Part shown: piece by piece, positions 1 to 9,705 of the stretch
Position numbering within the stretch: the stretch's first letter is position 1
Layout of the letters: each line of letters starts with the position of its first letter
Origin: a virus
Lineage: Duplodnaviria > Caudoviricetes
IMG/VR virus record: IMGVR_UViG_3300042013_000103
DNA: 64,000 nt
Reading direction: 5' to 3' (one strand)
The notes under the pieces: generated by a model
What the model saw: only the letters and a program-made list of their open reading frames with translations
What the model was told of the DNA's origin: nothing
Databases searched by the model: none
Position numbers and translations under genes: made by a program

Positions 1-80
1 CTCCCCGCTCTTTCCAAACCTCCACATTGTGCGGGGTAGCACGGTACAGAAATTTCATAATGCCTCCACAGGCTATACTG

Positions 81-98
81 CCTCTCCCGAAGGAGAGG
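81..98 (-). terminator. intrinsic terminator, UUCG loop
   Basis: cctctcc-cgaa-ggagagg hairpin just after the stop at 112. Confidence 0.75.
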
Positions 99-111
99 CC
101 GTTATGACGTT

Positions 112-618
112 TTACAAGGTGGGTTCTTCGGCCGAGATGGGGTACTTGGCGTCGAAGCCTTCCACACCCACGGCTTTCAGCCATTCGCGGAATTCGGCTT
201 TGGTGCCTGGGCGTGGACCCTGTTTCGGATCTTCAGGCACAACCATAAAGCCATGCGTCGATGCGATGGAGTATTCGCACAGCAAGTCGTCTTCACCGAC
301 CGATACGGTCCAGAAGTTTTCCCCTTCCTTGCGCACGCCGTAGCACAGGCTTTTGCTGGGGTCGAACTGCATGACCTGCACCCGGTCACCGCGAACACCG
401 TACTGCACTTTACCCACGATGCCTTGCTTGGTGATCTGCACTTCTCGCGAAAGCCGTGCCCAATGCCCAGTGTCGTGCTTGCGGTTGTTCATGCGCGAGT
501 TAATGTTGTCCGCTTGCACCACACGGCGTTCACCCTCCGCTGGGATCAGCCCATCGGTCAACGACGGTTTGGCCGGGTGAGTGGGGTCGTAGGTGCTTGC
601 TGGATTAGCCTTGGCCAT
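112..618 (-). CDS. hypothetical protein
   Basis: ORF; start moved to ATG 618 (MAKANP), which overlaps the upstream stop. Confidence 0.6.
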   Translation of the reverse strand: MAKANPASTYDPTHPAKPSLTDGLIPAEGERRVVQADNINSRMNNRKHDTGHWARLSREVQITKQGIVGKVQYGVRGDRVQVMQFDPSKSLCYGVRKEGENFWTVSVGEDDLLCEYSIASTHGFMVVPEDPKQGPRPGTKAEFREWLKAVGVEGFDAKYPISAEEPTL

Positions 619-1105
619 TAGAGAGTTCCTTTTTGGTGGTGACGTAAGTTTGCATGGCCACACCGGCCACGTCGATTTGCAGCATTTCCGAGTTACGGTA
701 GTCGAACATATCGCGGTTGTTGTGGCCGTAGCCCCAGTAGAACTCTTCCACGTCCACCGGCCGGACATGCACCCGAGCGGTCAAGCCATGAAGGTCTATC
801 CCGTTGATCTTGCGCAGCCGTGAAGTCACGTCGCCCAACGGCGGTTCACCCCGCACCCGCATCAACCACAACACCCCGGCAATCAAGGTCCGTTGTTGGA
901 TCTGGGGAATGGTGGCACAGACCGCAAGGTTGGGCATGCCGAAGCGTTCCAGCCCGTGCGTGTAGATAGCCTGTGGGATGTTCTGTATCCCCGGTTCCCC
1001 GTCGCTGGTGGTTGCGATCAGCGTGTATTCGGCATACCGCGTGTCCTGGCGAATTTGTGCGTTGGCCTGTTTGACCGTGCGGTAATAGTCCCCTTTGGCG
1101 TACAC
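605..1105 (-). CDS. hypothetical protein
   Basis: ORF; GTG 1105 preceded by AGGAGG. Confidence 0.6.
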   Translation of the reverse strand: MYAKGDYYRTVKQANAQIRQDTRYAEYTLIATTSDGEPGIQNIPQAIYTHGLERFGMPNLAVCATIPQIQQRTLIAGVLWLMRVRGEPPLGDVTSRLRKINGIDLHGLTARVHVRPVDVEEFYWGYGHNNRDMFDYRNSEMLQIDVAGVAMQTYVTTKKELSNGQG

Positions 1106-1119
1106 TTGAAGTCCTCCTG

Positions 1120-1455
1120 TTAATTGAGTAGCAAGTACTTCGGGTAACACGTTGACCGGATGCGGGCGAGGATTTGTTTCGCCGACATGCCAGTACTGGG
1201 ATACTCGAGCAACCGTAAGTCACGGTCCATACTCACCAGTTTGACAAATTTCTTGTTGGGGTGGGTGCCGTCCAATAACTTCTGGATGTGTTTATCCACG
1301 TCCGCCGACACCGTTTTAGAGATCCCCGTGATGAACTTACCGGTAGGCAAATGTTCTACCACGTACACGCCGCTGCCCACCAAATGAGCGCGTTTGCCTC
1401 GACCGTGGATCGTGCACGACCATGTGTTACATTGCGCTTCTGCTTCAAATGTCAT
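1120..1455 (-). CDS. GIY-YIG-like small nuclease-fold protein (degenerate)
   Basis: SGVYVVEHLPTGKFITGIS...H..L..G.HPN resembles the GIY-YIG N-terminal pattern. Confidence 0.45.
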   Translation of the reverse strand: MTFEAEAQCNTWSCTIHGRGKRAHLVGSGVYVVEHLPTGKFITGISKTVSADVDKHIQKLLDGTHPNKKFVKLVSMDRDLRLLEYPSTGMSAKQILARIRSTCYPKYLLLN

Positions 1456-1521
1456 GATCGAACCTATTACAAATCCATACCTATTCGATTAGGTGCCTAG
1501 GTAGATTTGCCCCAGCCCCGC

Positions 1522-1755
1522 TTATCGAATCTGCCCTGAGGTCACGGAGAACGGCGTGCGTTCGCCAACCTTGACCACGGTGTAAGTGTCAGCGCCAGAA
1601 TCGTAATCCTGGACCACCAGCTCGTCGCCGGGCTCGGCCAAGATCATCGGGTCCGTTGCGCCAGTCATCCACAGCTCCACACGGGCAATGGCTTGTACAG
1701 TACAGTTAGTAGAAAACATGGTTAAACCCTCAGTTGGAATATTCGCCATAGGCAT
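1522..1755 (-). CDS. small beta-rich hypothetical protein (AEPGDELVV motif)
   Basis: ORF; motif shared with 1730..2050 and 33068..33382. Confidence 0.55.
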   Translation of the reverse strand: MPMANIPTEGLTMFSTNCTVQAIARVELWMTGATDPMILAEPGDELVVQDYDSGADTYTVVKVGERTPFSVTSGQIR

Positions 1756-2050
1756 CGTCTAGGTCATGGGCCGAGACGCTGTCGATTTGGTCATGGTTGT
1801 CGGTGTTCTTTACCCGGTGCAATGCTCCAAAGGAAGCACTGTCCAGTTCAAGGACGCTCAGTTCATCGCCTTCTTGTGCAAACTTGGTTTCAATAAACCC
1901 TCGGTCACGGTCATACCGCGTGATGTGAATGTCTCGGGCCGCGAGGAAGGTACGACCCGGTTGAACCATCCGTGGATGAACCCCAGCAAAGAGTTCACTG
2001 GCCAGCTCCATGAGTCCCAACAAAGGGATGGTTCTAAAGATTTCCCACAT
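1730..2050 (-). CDS. small hypothetical protein (AQEGDELSV motif)
   Basis: ORF directly downstream of an early promoter; resembles its neighbour. Confidence 0.55.
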   Translation of the reverse strand: MWEIFRTIPLLGLMELASELFAGVHPRMVQPGRTFLAARDIHITRYDRDRGFIETKFAQEGDELSVLELDSASFGALHRVKNTDNHDQIDSVSAHDLDDAYGEYSN

Positions 2051-2093
2051 ACAACACCTTTCTTATAAATTGCAACAGTCTTATTGCAAGTCA

Positions 2094-2124
2094 GTAATAT
2101 AGTTTTGAGTTACGCTCGAGTGCA
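2094..2124 (-). promoter_or_regulatory. phiKZ-type early promoter (ACTATATTAC core)
   Basis: minus-strand TGCACTCGA-N12-ACTATATTAC. Confidence 0.75.
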
Positions 2125-2168
2125 GACGGCATAGTGCCCTCCCGGTGTGAGCCAGGAAGGCGCTGGGC

Positions 2169-2600
2169 TTATTGCAGTTTGAACCTAACCCCCAAGATCG
2201 GAGATTCGATGTCCGTGCGCAGGGTCGACCAACCCGTTTTCAGGTCGATGTCGAACTGGATCCCCCACTTCAAACCTTCCAGCTTGGTGGTGAAATGCCG
2301 CGTGGTGGTGGAACGGTCGTTGTCGATCGGCACCAGTTTGGTCATGGGGTGGACCTGGGCCATGTCGCCCGCATCGGCGTACAACATTTCCACCAGCACG
2401 ATCTGTTTCGGTGGGGTGGTGGCTTGGCAGAGGTCGTACAGATTGAACTTGCCCTTGTCCACGGCCACAAACCCGGTGTTGACGAAACTGCCGTCCGACA
2501 GCATTACCCGTTCTGGGCGCACGCGCCAGTGGGCCGCAAATTGATGGGTGGTGTCAGCCGCGATGATGGGGATGGTCCCCTTATGAATCGGTTCGCTCAT
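2169..2600 (-). CDS. hypothetical protein
   Basis: 143 aa ORF, start overlaps the upstream stop. Confidence 0.65.
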   Translation of the reverse strand: MSEPIHKGTIPIIAADTTHQFAAHWRVRPERVMLSDGSFVNTGFVAVDKGKFNLYDLCQATTPPKQIVLVEMLYADAGDMAQVHPMTKLVPIDNDRSTTTRHFTTKLEGLKWGIQFDIDLKTGWSTLRTDIESPILGVRFKLQ

Positions 2601-2992
2601 TTAAGAGGCTCCTGATACGTGTAAGCCAGTTGAGGAAGGATCGGGGCGTTGTCGTCCAAGCGCCACGTGTTTCCCTCTAAATTCGTTTTCACCGCAAACA
2701 CCAGATTGCGATCAGTGACTAGATCTGCTCGTTCTCGGGTATCCAACACGGCGAAGTTTTCGAACGCGTAAACATAAAATGGGGTGTCATGGCACGGAAC
2801 CCATAACAGATTGGAACGGGTGGGGTGGGTGTTCAACCAGTTCGTAAACGAAAAGGAGCACAGTTCCACCGACACCCGGTCTGTTCGTTTGAAGCGTTGT
2901 CCAATGTGGATCCAGATCGCCAGCCCCGCTACAATGAGGCACAGAAGGGCAGTGGCAATGAGTTCCGCGATCGGTGCACCTGTGTAGTACAT
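2597..2992 (-). CDS. hypothetical membrane-anchored protein
   Basis: N-terminal hydrophobic helix. Confidence 0.65.
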   Translation of the reverse strand: MYYTGAPIAELIATALLCLIVAGLAIWIHIGQRFKRTDRVSVELCSFSFTNWLNTHPTRSNLLWVPCHDTPFYVYAFENFAVLDTRERADLVTDRNLVFAVKTNLEGNTWRLDDNAPILPQLAYTYQEPLK

Positions 2993-3051
2993 GGCATGTC
3001 CTTATTGTTATTCCATGGCACAGGTGGGAACTAGAACGCCCCTCCCGTGGT

Positions 3052-3459
3052 TTAACCTGCTTCTTTTACGTACTCGTGAATGCGCAGGTCCATTTGTCGA
3101 GGACCGGCCAATTGCAAGACGTTCAACATCCGCACCCCCCGGCCGTACTTGGTGAGCACGACTTGGTGCAGCCATTCGTCCCTGCCGTCGTCGATCTGCT
3201 CGGGCGGCTCGTACATGAACTTGGAACGGTTGGCGTGGGTGTGGACGTAAATGTGTTTGTGGAACTGCCCCACGATGACCGAGACTTCCGGTACGTTGTC
3301 CATGGGCATGACGTTGGCAGCGGCATAATTGCCGTTAGGCCCTCTGTGGATGTGCTGTACCAAGGTGAGTTTCACAACCTCCCCAATGAACAGCTTGTAC
3401 CCAATCAAGAGCAAAAAGCAAATCAACCCAGCGGTAACGATGGATTCAGCGAGTGACAT
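3052..3459 (-). CDS. hypothetical membrane-anchored protein
   Basis: MSLAESIVTAGLICFLLLIGY hydrophobic N-terminus. Confidence 0.6.
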   Translation of the reverse strand: MSLAESIVTAGLICFLLLIGYKLFIGEVVKLTLVQHIHRGPNGNYAAANVMPMDNVPEVSVIVGQFHKHIYVHTHANRSKFMYEPPEQIDDGRDEWLHQVVLTKYGRGVRMLNVLQLAGPRQMDLRIHEYVKEAG

Positions 3460-3518
3460 TACGCACCTCCCCGTGCAAGAAAGGGACCCCAGCAAAACGC
3501 CGGAGTCCCCGCAGTGGT

Positions 3519-3797
3519 TTAAGCAGCCACGGTGAACGGTTTGGTGACCGTCAGGCTCCGAAACAGGCTGTGGTTCTTAGGGATCTCCAATTGCGTCAGA
3601 GCATCCCCAGTGGAGCGCATGTAGATCTTTTCCACCACACCCTGGGGCGTGGCGTGGATTTCCACTGCGCCGTCGGGATGGACCCCCAGAGAGGTCCACA
3701 CCAGGTCTTCAATTTCAAAGCGGAACTGATGCAGGTGCCCCATCCATTCCGTGACCCACGTACCCTGCTCCAACCGAATGACTGCTTTCATCTGCAC
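3519..3797 (-). CDS. hypothetical protein
   Basis: ORF in the minus-strand gene chain. Confidence 0.55.
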   Translation of the reverse strand: MQMKAVIRLEQGTWVTEWMGHLHQFRFEIEDLVWTSLGVHPDGAVEIHATPQGVVEKIYMRSTGDALTQLEIPKNHSLFRSLTVTKPFTVAA

Positions 3798-4182
3798 TCG
3801 CCTCCAGCAAGCTGCCGTATAAAGGCAGCGGTGCTAACACCATGGAATAGTTTTGGTGGTCCAGTTTGAAATGCACGTGGACCGCTTCGTCGTAAGCGTC
3901 AATGTCAGTGACGCGACCCTTCTCTTGTACTTGAACCAGGAAGGCTTTCGCCCACACCAATTCTTCGTCCACCAGATTAGCCAAGTACGGACCTGTACGG
4001 TCGAAGATCTCTTTAGAGCACAGATGACCTTTACGGCCGACTGCTACCGGAGAAGTTACCATCAGATCTGGTATATTACGCCATTCGTACTTAGGTTCCA
4101 GGTTGGACACCACGTTGTACAAAATCCCCGCTGGAGAAGGAACCAGCTTATAAGCGTTAAACTTCATCGTTATTTTTCTCAT
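3715..4182 (-). CDS. hypothetical protein
   Basis: ORF in the minus-strand gene chain. Confidence 0.6.
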   Translation of the reverse strand: MRKITMKFNAYKLVPSPAGILYNVVSNLEPKYEWRNIPDLMVTSPVAVGRKGHLCSKEIFDRTGPYLANLVDEELVWAKAFLVQVQEKGRVTDIDAYDEAVHVHFKLDHQNYSMVLAPLPLYGSLLEASADESSHSVGAGYVGHGMDGAPASVPL

Positions 4183-4621
4183 TAAGAGTAAGTAGGTAGA
4201 GATCAGCCTGTGGCGCGTGCACTTTCAGCACGTGCTCCGCCACCGTAACCTCGCTGAGTCTCTTACCGCTGGTGTGGGTCAAGAAATATTCCGCCACACG
4301 AATGTGCAGATCCTCATAGCAATTACTGACGTAAGTTAAAGCCCGTTTAATGAGCTTGTAACCCAAGTCAGTGGGTCGCCATGAGTACGGTGCAAACTCA
4401 ACCAGCTCATAGCATTCTACGGTGATCTGGTAGTAATGTGTGGTGCACAGCGCGTAGCGTCGTTTGGCTTCTTCCGGGTCTACGTAAATCAAGTTCGAGT
4501 GTGTACAACAATACATCGAGTTGACTTGAGAGTAGGTGGTCACGCCGAACAATTGGTGCATTCCCGCTTCACTTTGCACGGCGTGTTCCTGCAGTACCGA
4601 CATCGCCTCCGCGAGGTTCAT
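4157..4621 (-). CDS. hypothetical protein
   Basis: ATG 4621 (MNLAEAM) in an ATGA overlap with the upstream stop. Confidence 0.6.
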   Translation of the reverse strand: MNLAEAMSVLQEHAVQSEAGMHQLFGVTTYSQVNSMYCCTHSNLIYVDPEEAKRRYALCTTHYYQITVECYELVEFAPYSWRPTDLGYKLIKRALTYVSNCYEDLHIRVAEYFLTHTSGKRLSEVTVAEHVLKVHAPQADLYLLTLNEKNNDEV

Positions 4622-5214
4622 TGGTTCATCACTGTGCACAAGTCTTGGAAGTACGGCACGTCCAGCATCTCGATGTAGATGACGTCGCCTTCCCCGGTGC
4701 GGATGCATGCCTGCAGGAACTCCGTCGGGGTTGCGTTGGCAGCCCGGGCCATTGGGGCGGACCAATCGGGGTGGATTATCGTCACAGACCCATCAAACAA
4801 GGCTGCCCGTTCGTACAGGATGCCGAGCTGCTCTTTCAGTAAGTTACCTTCCTCCAACAACCGCGCGGCGTAGTACAACATCATGGGACGGCTGGCCAAA
4901 GGTTTCTCCATCAGGGAATACCGCTTGCCCTGCTGTGCCCCGAAGTAACCCGAGTTGATGTCCGGGGAACCAAACAACATGTTGGCCCACAGATGGTACT
5001 GGTACAACATGTCCGGGTTGTCCGAGGGGTACGATCGGACGTACTGTTTTTCGTCCACCAGGGTCGAGTACACAATCCGGCCGGTGGCCGGGTCGAGCAT
5101 CATGCCAATGTTATCCAGCGTGTGTTCCACAAACGGAACGTCGGTAAAGAGCCGGGCAATCAGCGCACAGGCATCTTGCAGTTTAGCGGAGTAGTAATTA
5201 ACAGCTACTGACAT
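4618..5214 (-). CDS. hypothetical protein
   Basis: 198 aa ORF directly downstream of an early promoter. Confidence 0.7.
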   Translation of the reverse strand: MSVAVNYYSAKLQDACALIARLFTDVPFVEHTLDNIGMMLDPATGRIVYSTLVDEKQYVRSYPSDNPDMLYQYHLWANMLFGSPDINSGYFGAQQGKRYSLMEKPLASRPMMLYYAARLLEEGNLLKEQLGILYERAALFDGSVTIIHPDWSAPMARAANATPTEFLQACIRTGEGDVIYIEMLDVPYFQDLCTVMNQ

Positions 5215-5246
5215 TTGGAGTCGCCTCTTAGGTAATTAGCACAGAC

Positions 5247-5277
5247 GTAATATAGTCGTTTAAACGGTTTGAATACA
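5247..5277 (-). promoter_or_regulatory. early promoter
   Basis: TGTATTCAA-N12-ACTATATTAC. Confidence 0.75.
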
Positions 5278-5293
5278 AAAAGAAATGGCATAA

Positions 5294-5315
5294 AGCCCCA
5301 CCCGAAGGTGAGGCT
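5294..5315 (-). terminator. intrinsic terminator
   Basis: imperfect hairpin with cgaa (UUCG) loop, followed by a T-tract on the minus strand. Confidence 0.6.
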
Positions 5316-5335
5316 CAAAAACACACGCGGTGCTG

Positions 5336-5647
5336 TTATGGCGTTACTGGCTTCGGTTCGACCGAGAACTTGACGTCCAGACGCTGAGCAGCGGCGTCGT
5401 ACGTGACGACAGCTTCTACCCAACCCTTGGCTTGGATAGCGGCAATCAGCGCCGCCGTGGCCGCGGCCGACAGTGGCGGGACTTTGCCCGGGCGACGGTA
5501 GTGGATCAGGTGGTAGTCGATCTCGGTTTCGGCACAGTAGTCCACGATCTGCGGGGACGCCAGGTACTCGTTGATACCGATCAGGGTGGAACGCAGTTCA
5601 GCGTCGACCAGTACGGCAGCGGCCTGGGCTTTAGTCAGAACATCCAT
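5336..5647 (-). CDS. hypothetical protein
   Basis: 103 aa ORF. Confidence 0.65.
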   Translation of the reverse strand: MDVLTKAQAAAVLVDAELRSTLIGINEYLASPQIVDYCAETEIDYHLIHYRRPGKVPPLSAAATAALIAAIQAKGWVEAVVTYDAAAQRLDVKFSVEPKPVTP

Positions 5648-5730
5648 TGGTGCAACTCCTTCAATTGATCAATTAGACCCAAAGGTCATATCATATCCAT
5701 CAATCCGGAGTAAAAAGAAAAAAGTGAAAA

Positions 5731-5752
5731 GGACCCCACCGAAGCAGGGTCC
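5731..5752 (-). terminator. intrinsic terminator
   Basis: ggaccc...gggtcc hairpin followed by a T-tract on the minus strand. Confidence 0.6.
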
Positions 5753-5760
5753 TATAAGGC

Positions 5761-6015
5761 TTAGGTGTTGACCAGGTCCATGTACGCAGCCGACACGCAA
5801 CCGGGATTTTCGGTGACGTACGTGAGTACTTCCTCTTCTTCCACCAGGGCTAGGGTGCCCCCGATGATTTGGTCGCCGAGTTGTTGGAGCTGTTCCAGGT
5901 TCTCCGGTTCATCACCGAAGAGTTCTGTAATGGCCCCGTCACGGATTTCTTGCAACGATTTAGCGGTAAGGTCGAGAAAACTATCGCCAAGATCGAGCGT
6001 AGCTTCTTTAGGCAT
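5761..6015 (-). CDS. acidic hypothetical protein
   Basis: 84 aa ORF with SD. Confidence 0.65.
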   Translation of the reverse strand: MPKEATLDLGDSFLDLTAKSLQEIRDGAITELFGDEPENLEQLQQLGDQIIGGTLALVEEEEVLTYVTENPGCVSAAYMDLVNT

Positions 6016-6027
6016 GATGGAGGTTTC

Positions 6028-6690
6028 CTATCTGTTGATTTTCGGTTCTTTCGGGGCTGCGTTCACGTCGTTGATCAACAGCGTGGTGTTGCGCAGCTTT
6101 GGAAGGGCCAGGTCAATCGCTTCCCGCGGCCACTTGGTCGCTTTGTCGAGGTAGTCCCCTTCCATGCACCGGACATCAATGTCGGTGATCCCGTAATTCC
6201 GTAGGGCCTCGGCGAAGATTAAAGCCAACGCCGTTTTGCCGACGTTGACTAGGTTAGAGTTGATGTCCACTTGGATGAACCCCAAGTCCGGGTTGACTCC
6301 GCGTGGTGGGTACTGCCAGGTGTCGAGCGTGCCCTGTTCCGTGAAGTACGCCGTGTATTCGGTGCCAGGGACCATCTGGTCGTCCACCAAATCGTACACG
6401 TAAAAATCCACCCCACAGAAGTCTACCCGTTTGAACAGGTTGACCAGCGTGATGTACATGCGCGGGCCGTAGCCGGTTTGGTTACTGAACCACGTCCACA
6501 GGTGATTGTTCGCCCGCGCCAAGCTGGGGTGACCCATCAGGCTAGAAGGCAATTCCACGTAGGTGTCGTAAACCGGGGGCACGTATTCTGGCACAGCGCC
6601 GCCTTCACCCGCATCAGTGACGCCACAGCTGTCACGGTGTTCGGCGAGAGAACCTTCTGACACAATCGTTGCACGTAATTCATAACGCAT
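6028..6690 (-). CDS. hypothetical protein
   Basis: ATG 6690 after AAGGAA. Confidence 0.65.
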   Translation of the reverse strand: MRYELRATIVSEGSLAEHRDSCGVTDAGEGGAVPEYVPPVYDTYVELPSSLMGHPSLARANNHLWTWFSNQTGYGPRMYITLVNLFKRVDFCGVDFYVYDLVDDQMVPGTEYTAYFTEQGTLDTWQYPPRGVNPDLGFIQVDINSNLVNVGKTALALIFAEALRNYGITDIDVRCMEGDYLDKATKWPREAIDLALPKLRNTTLLINDVNAAPKEPKINR

Positions 6691-6750
6691 GGGTATTTCC
6701 TTTGATGGGGATGGCCCTAACACATGCTAGGGCCGGGGTGTTGCTGGGGG

Positions 6751-7971
6751 TTACGCCTTTTTGGGTGTTACCAAATCGCCATCGCCATCGACGGACAGTT
6801 TGATGCTACCGCGCTTTTCACCGTCCACCGTGGTGACGTAACGGATACGAAGTGACAGACGAATCTGGTCTTCCGTAGGGGTTTCCACCACCGGTGCCGC
6901 ATCCGACGCAGTGAAACCTTCGGGCAACGCCGCAGGACGGTTATACGGGATGTGTTCGCCTCGCAGGTAAATGCTGGTCTTGCACGCCGATTCGCCGCTG
7001 GCGGTGCCGACTTTGCCTTGGTCCACACGACGGTCTTTCTCGATGTCGAAGTGGATGTCCCGCACGTGTTCCCCGTCCGGAGCAAACAGTTTGATCGTGC
7101 CCTGCGAACCGTTCTGTTCCCAGACTTGATCACCCACGAACAGTTCGTTGTTGATGTGCACCGACAATGGCACCATTGCCCAGGTCCACGGCGATGGAAC
7201 GTTGAGGACGTGGAACATGTCGTACAGGTCACGTTTGGTCGGGCAGTTCATGGCGTAGCGGGCCATCGTGATCACCATGTCGTAGGACAGGGTGTTGATC
7301 GCACAGTAGATCTCCAGGTACGCACGAATGTCCGAAGGCAGTTCGTAGTCGTCGAGGATGGTGTGGATGTCCGCGTCGGTCAGGCCACCGTAAGCCAGAC
7401 GGTATTTGAAACGACCTGGGCGGTCGATCATGTTCGTGTCGATTTCGCTCACGGTGTTGGCCGTGACCACGTTCAACACGTTGCCCAACGAACTGTCGGA
7501 GAAGAACGTCAACAGCCCTTCACGGCGGTTTTTGTCTTCGGTGGCGGTGTACACCTTGCCGAACTCGTCGAACAGGAACATGCACGGAGCACACAACCGA
7601 GCGATCGCGGTCAGCAGTTCGCCAGACAGGGGCGAGTCAACGATGAACACGGGGATGTCGCGTTCCAGGACTTTGTTCGCCAGCATTTCAGCCAGCAACG
7701 TTTTGCCCGAACCTTTCAACCCTTCGAGGATCACCCCGGTGGATTGGGTTTTGCGTTCGGTGAAATCTTTCACCACCAGATCACGGTACATCTCGGACTT
7801 GCCAAAGACTTTCTCGGGCAGGTCATACTTGGCACGGTCTTTGATCAGATTCAACCCAGCCTCGGTGATGGCGATTTTGTACACGGCTGCCGGGATGTGG
7901 TCAATACGTGCTGCATCGTTCACGGAGCGGATTGCGATGTTGCCGTCGATGTTAAACAGTGCGGTGGTCAT
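6751..7971 (-). CDS. AAA+ family ATPase
   Basis: Walker A GLKGSGKT, Walker B LFLFDE, sensor TAN, DRPGRF arginine finger. Confidence 0.9.
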   Translation of the reverse strand: MTTALFNIDGNIAIRSVNDAARIDHIPAAVYKIAITEAGLNLIKDRAKYDLPEKVFGKSEMYRDLVVKDFTERKTQSTGVILEGLKGSGKTLLAEMLANKVLERDIPVFIVDSPLSGELLTAIARLCAPCMFLFDEFGKVYTATEDKNRREGLLTFFSDSSLGNVLNVVTANTVSEIDTNMIDRPGRFKYRLAYGGLTDADIHTILDDYELPSDIRAYLEIYCAINTLSYDMVITMARYAMNCPTKRDLYDMFHVLNVPSPWTWAMVPLSVHINNELFVGDQVWEQNGSQGTIKLFAPDGEHVRDIHFDIEKDRRVDQGKVGTASGESACKTSIYLRGEHIPYNRPAALPEGFTASDAAPVVETPTEDQIRLSLRIRYVTTVDGEKRGSIKLSVDGDGDLVTPKKA

Positions 7972-8042
7972 CTAGAAGTATTCCTATTGGTTGGGTAAAG
8001 GTGTGTTCGACTCACCTGAGCAGAACAGGGTGTTATTGGATT

Positions 8043-8384
8043 TTAGATTTCCCCTTGGGGTTTCGGAAGTTCCACCCCGTCGGTGAAAGTATAATGTGTG
8101 ATCAAGCGAACGCTCCAATGCACACCGTTAGAGGTGGCTTGAAGCATAAAAGCCAAGAGTTCCGGTGGGCGGTTGCCGCAGAGAATCATGTCGCGCATAA
8201 CCGCTTCGGGTACGTTAGTCATCGACTCCATTGCCGTCCCGGCTGAACTGAAATCTTTAAACGAGTGGGCCCAATGAGCATCTTCAGTCAGGGTGAATGC
8301 GCCCACACTGGCTTTCATGTAATACGTTTTATTGTAGTCGTCACTGGGGATAGCAATGACCCGGTAACTGGCTTCGCTGTACAT
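8043..8384 (-). CDS. hypothetical protein
   Basis: ORF directly downstream of an early promoter. Confidence 0.65.
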   Translation of the reverse strand: MYSEASYRVIAIPSDDYNKTYYMKASVGAFTLTEDAHWAHSFKDFSSAGTAMESMTNVPEAVMRDMILCGNRPPELLAFMLQATSNGVHWSVRLITHYTFTDGVELPKPQGEI

Positions 8385-8408
8385 AGCTAATCTCCATTAT
8401 GCACTGAC

Positions 8409-8439
8409 GTAATATAGCTCTGTTTTTTCGTTCAATGCA
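8409..8439 (-). promoter_or_regulatory. early promoter
   Basis: TGCATTGAA-N12-GCTATATTAC. Confidence 0.75.
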
Positions 8440-8797
8440 GATCAGTGAGCACCAGTTTGTACATTGCGTGCACGCCGCTCAACGCTGGGCGGTAATGCAG
8501 ATTCTCCAAGAAGTATTGTTGGCTGAGATCCAACCCCGCTTCCTGAGCAAATTCCTTAACCGTGAGTTTGCGCTGTTGTCGGATCAACCGTTTGACCTTC
8601 ATGCCCATGTGCACCAACAACCGTTGGATCGGTTTGGCAATCGGAGGCAAGTGCGCAACCCGCACGATGGTGTGCACTTCTTCGTCGTGTTTGTCCAAGG
8701 TGACGTGCACCACGAGATCAAACCCGTTACCCCGCCAATCGAACTCGACGCGGTTGTACTGCCGTTGTACCTGTGCCTTTGCCATGCGAATCCCCAT
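8432..8797 (-). CDS. hypothetical protein
   Basis: 121 aa ORF. Confidence 0.6.
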   Translation of the reverse strand: MGIRMAKAQVQRQYNRVEFDWRGNGFDLVVHVTLDKHDEEVHTIVRVAHLPPIAKPIQRLLVHMGMKVKRLIRQQRKLTVKEFAQEAGLDLSQQYFLENLHYRPALSGVHAMYKLVLTDLH

Positions 8798-8799
8798 AA

Positions 8800-8819
8800 G
8801 CTCCTCCCGAAGGAGGAGC
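8800..8819 (-). terminator. intrinsic terminator, UUCG loop
   Basis: gctcctcc-cgaa-ggaggagc after phaZ. Confidence 0.7.
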
Positions 8820-8838
8820 CGTTATTAATCCAGTGCGA

Positions 8839-9705
8839 TCATGGTTCGGTCAGGAACGTTGTCACCAAAGGCACGATCACGTCGGCTTGGGTGAGTAGAA
8901 ACAAATGCCCATCGTTGATGATGTGCAACTGAGCATTCGGAATTCGGTTTGCCAGCACCCGCATGTTGGTCAGAGGGATGAGTGGATCGTCATCCCCGGC
9001 CAATACCAGAGTGGGTTGTTTAATCGCCGGCAACCAATGCCAACTGGTCCACCAGTACACTGCCATCATCTGGTGGTAATACCCAATCTCGACCCCATTG
9101 GAGGATTTCATTTTATTGAAATGCTCTTTGGCCAATGTCGGGTTGGTGCGGAACATGCCCCCGTAGATCGAGGGTGCAATTTTCTCGCCGTAGGCTTTGT
9201 CCGTGTAGCGTCGAGGACTGGCCATCATCAACAGCACCCAAGGGGACGGTGGAATGCTCAGTAACCCGGCCGAGGTGGCGGCCAAGATCAACTTGTTGCA
9301 ACGTGTCGGGTGATCGCGAGCAAACTGCTGGGCTAAGAACCCACCCCACGAAATCCCTGCCACGTTTACTTTGTCATAACCCATTTTGGTGAGCAAGCGT
9401 GCGACCAACTTGGCCAAGCTCCCAAAACGGTACGGAATCAGTGGGGTTGAAGAACCCCCAATACCAGGAACGTCAAAGGTAATGACTTCCTGCGCTGGAT
9501 CCAGTTCTTTTACGAACGGGAACAGGAGTTCCAGGTTGGCCCCAATGCCATTAAAAATTAACAAGGGGGTTAGGTGAGATTCACCCTTTCGAACGCAGGT
9601 ACGCATGGTCTGACCGCCGACGTTGATCGTGCGGTATACAAACTCTTTGTACATGGGATCAGCACGCTCGGTTCCCCGGCGGTCAAACGTTTCTGCTTGC
9701 GTCAT
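8839..9705 (-). CDS. phaZ: poly(3-hydroxyalkanoate) depolymerase (intracellular mcl-PHA type, alpha/beta hydrolase)
   Basis: TPLLIFNGIGANLEL, FDVPGIGGSSTP, lipase box GISWG, LAGDDDPLIP and DGHLFL match Pseudomonas PhaZ; the start may be ATG 9654. Confidence 0.92.
   Translation of the reverse strand: MTQAETFDRRGTERADPMYKEFVYRTINVGGQTMRTCVRKGESHLTPLLIFNGIGANLELLFPFVKELDPAQEVITFDVPGIGGSSTPLIPYRFGSLAKLVARLLTKMGYDKVNVAGISWGGFLAQQFARDHPTRCNKLILAATSAGLLSIPPSPWVLLMMASPRRYTDKAYGEKIAPSIYGGMFRTNPTLAKEHFNKMKSSNGVEIGYYHQMMAVYWWTSWHWLPAIKQPTLVLAGDDDPLIPLTNMRVLANRIPNAQLHIINDGHLFLLTQADVIVPLVTTFLTEP

Noticed and set aside
6952-7998. 348 aa plus-strand ORF
   Set aside because: Antisense shadow of the AAA ATPase, with no motifs or SD.
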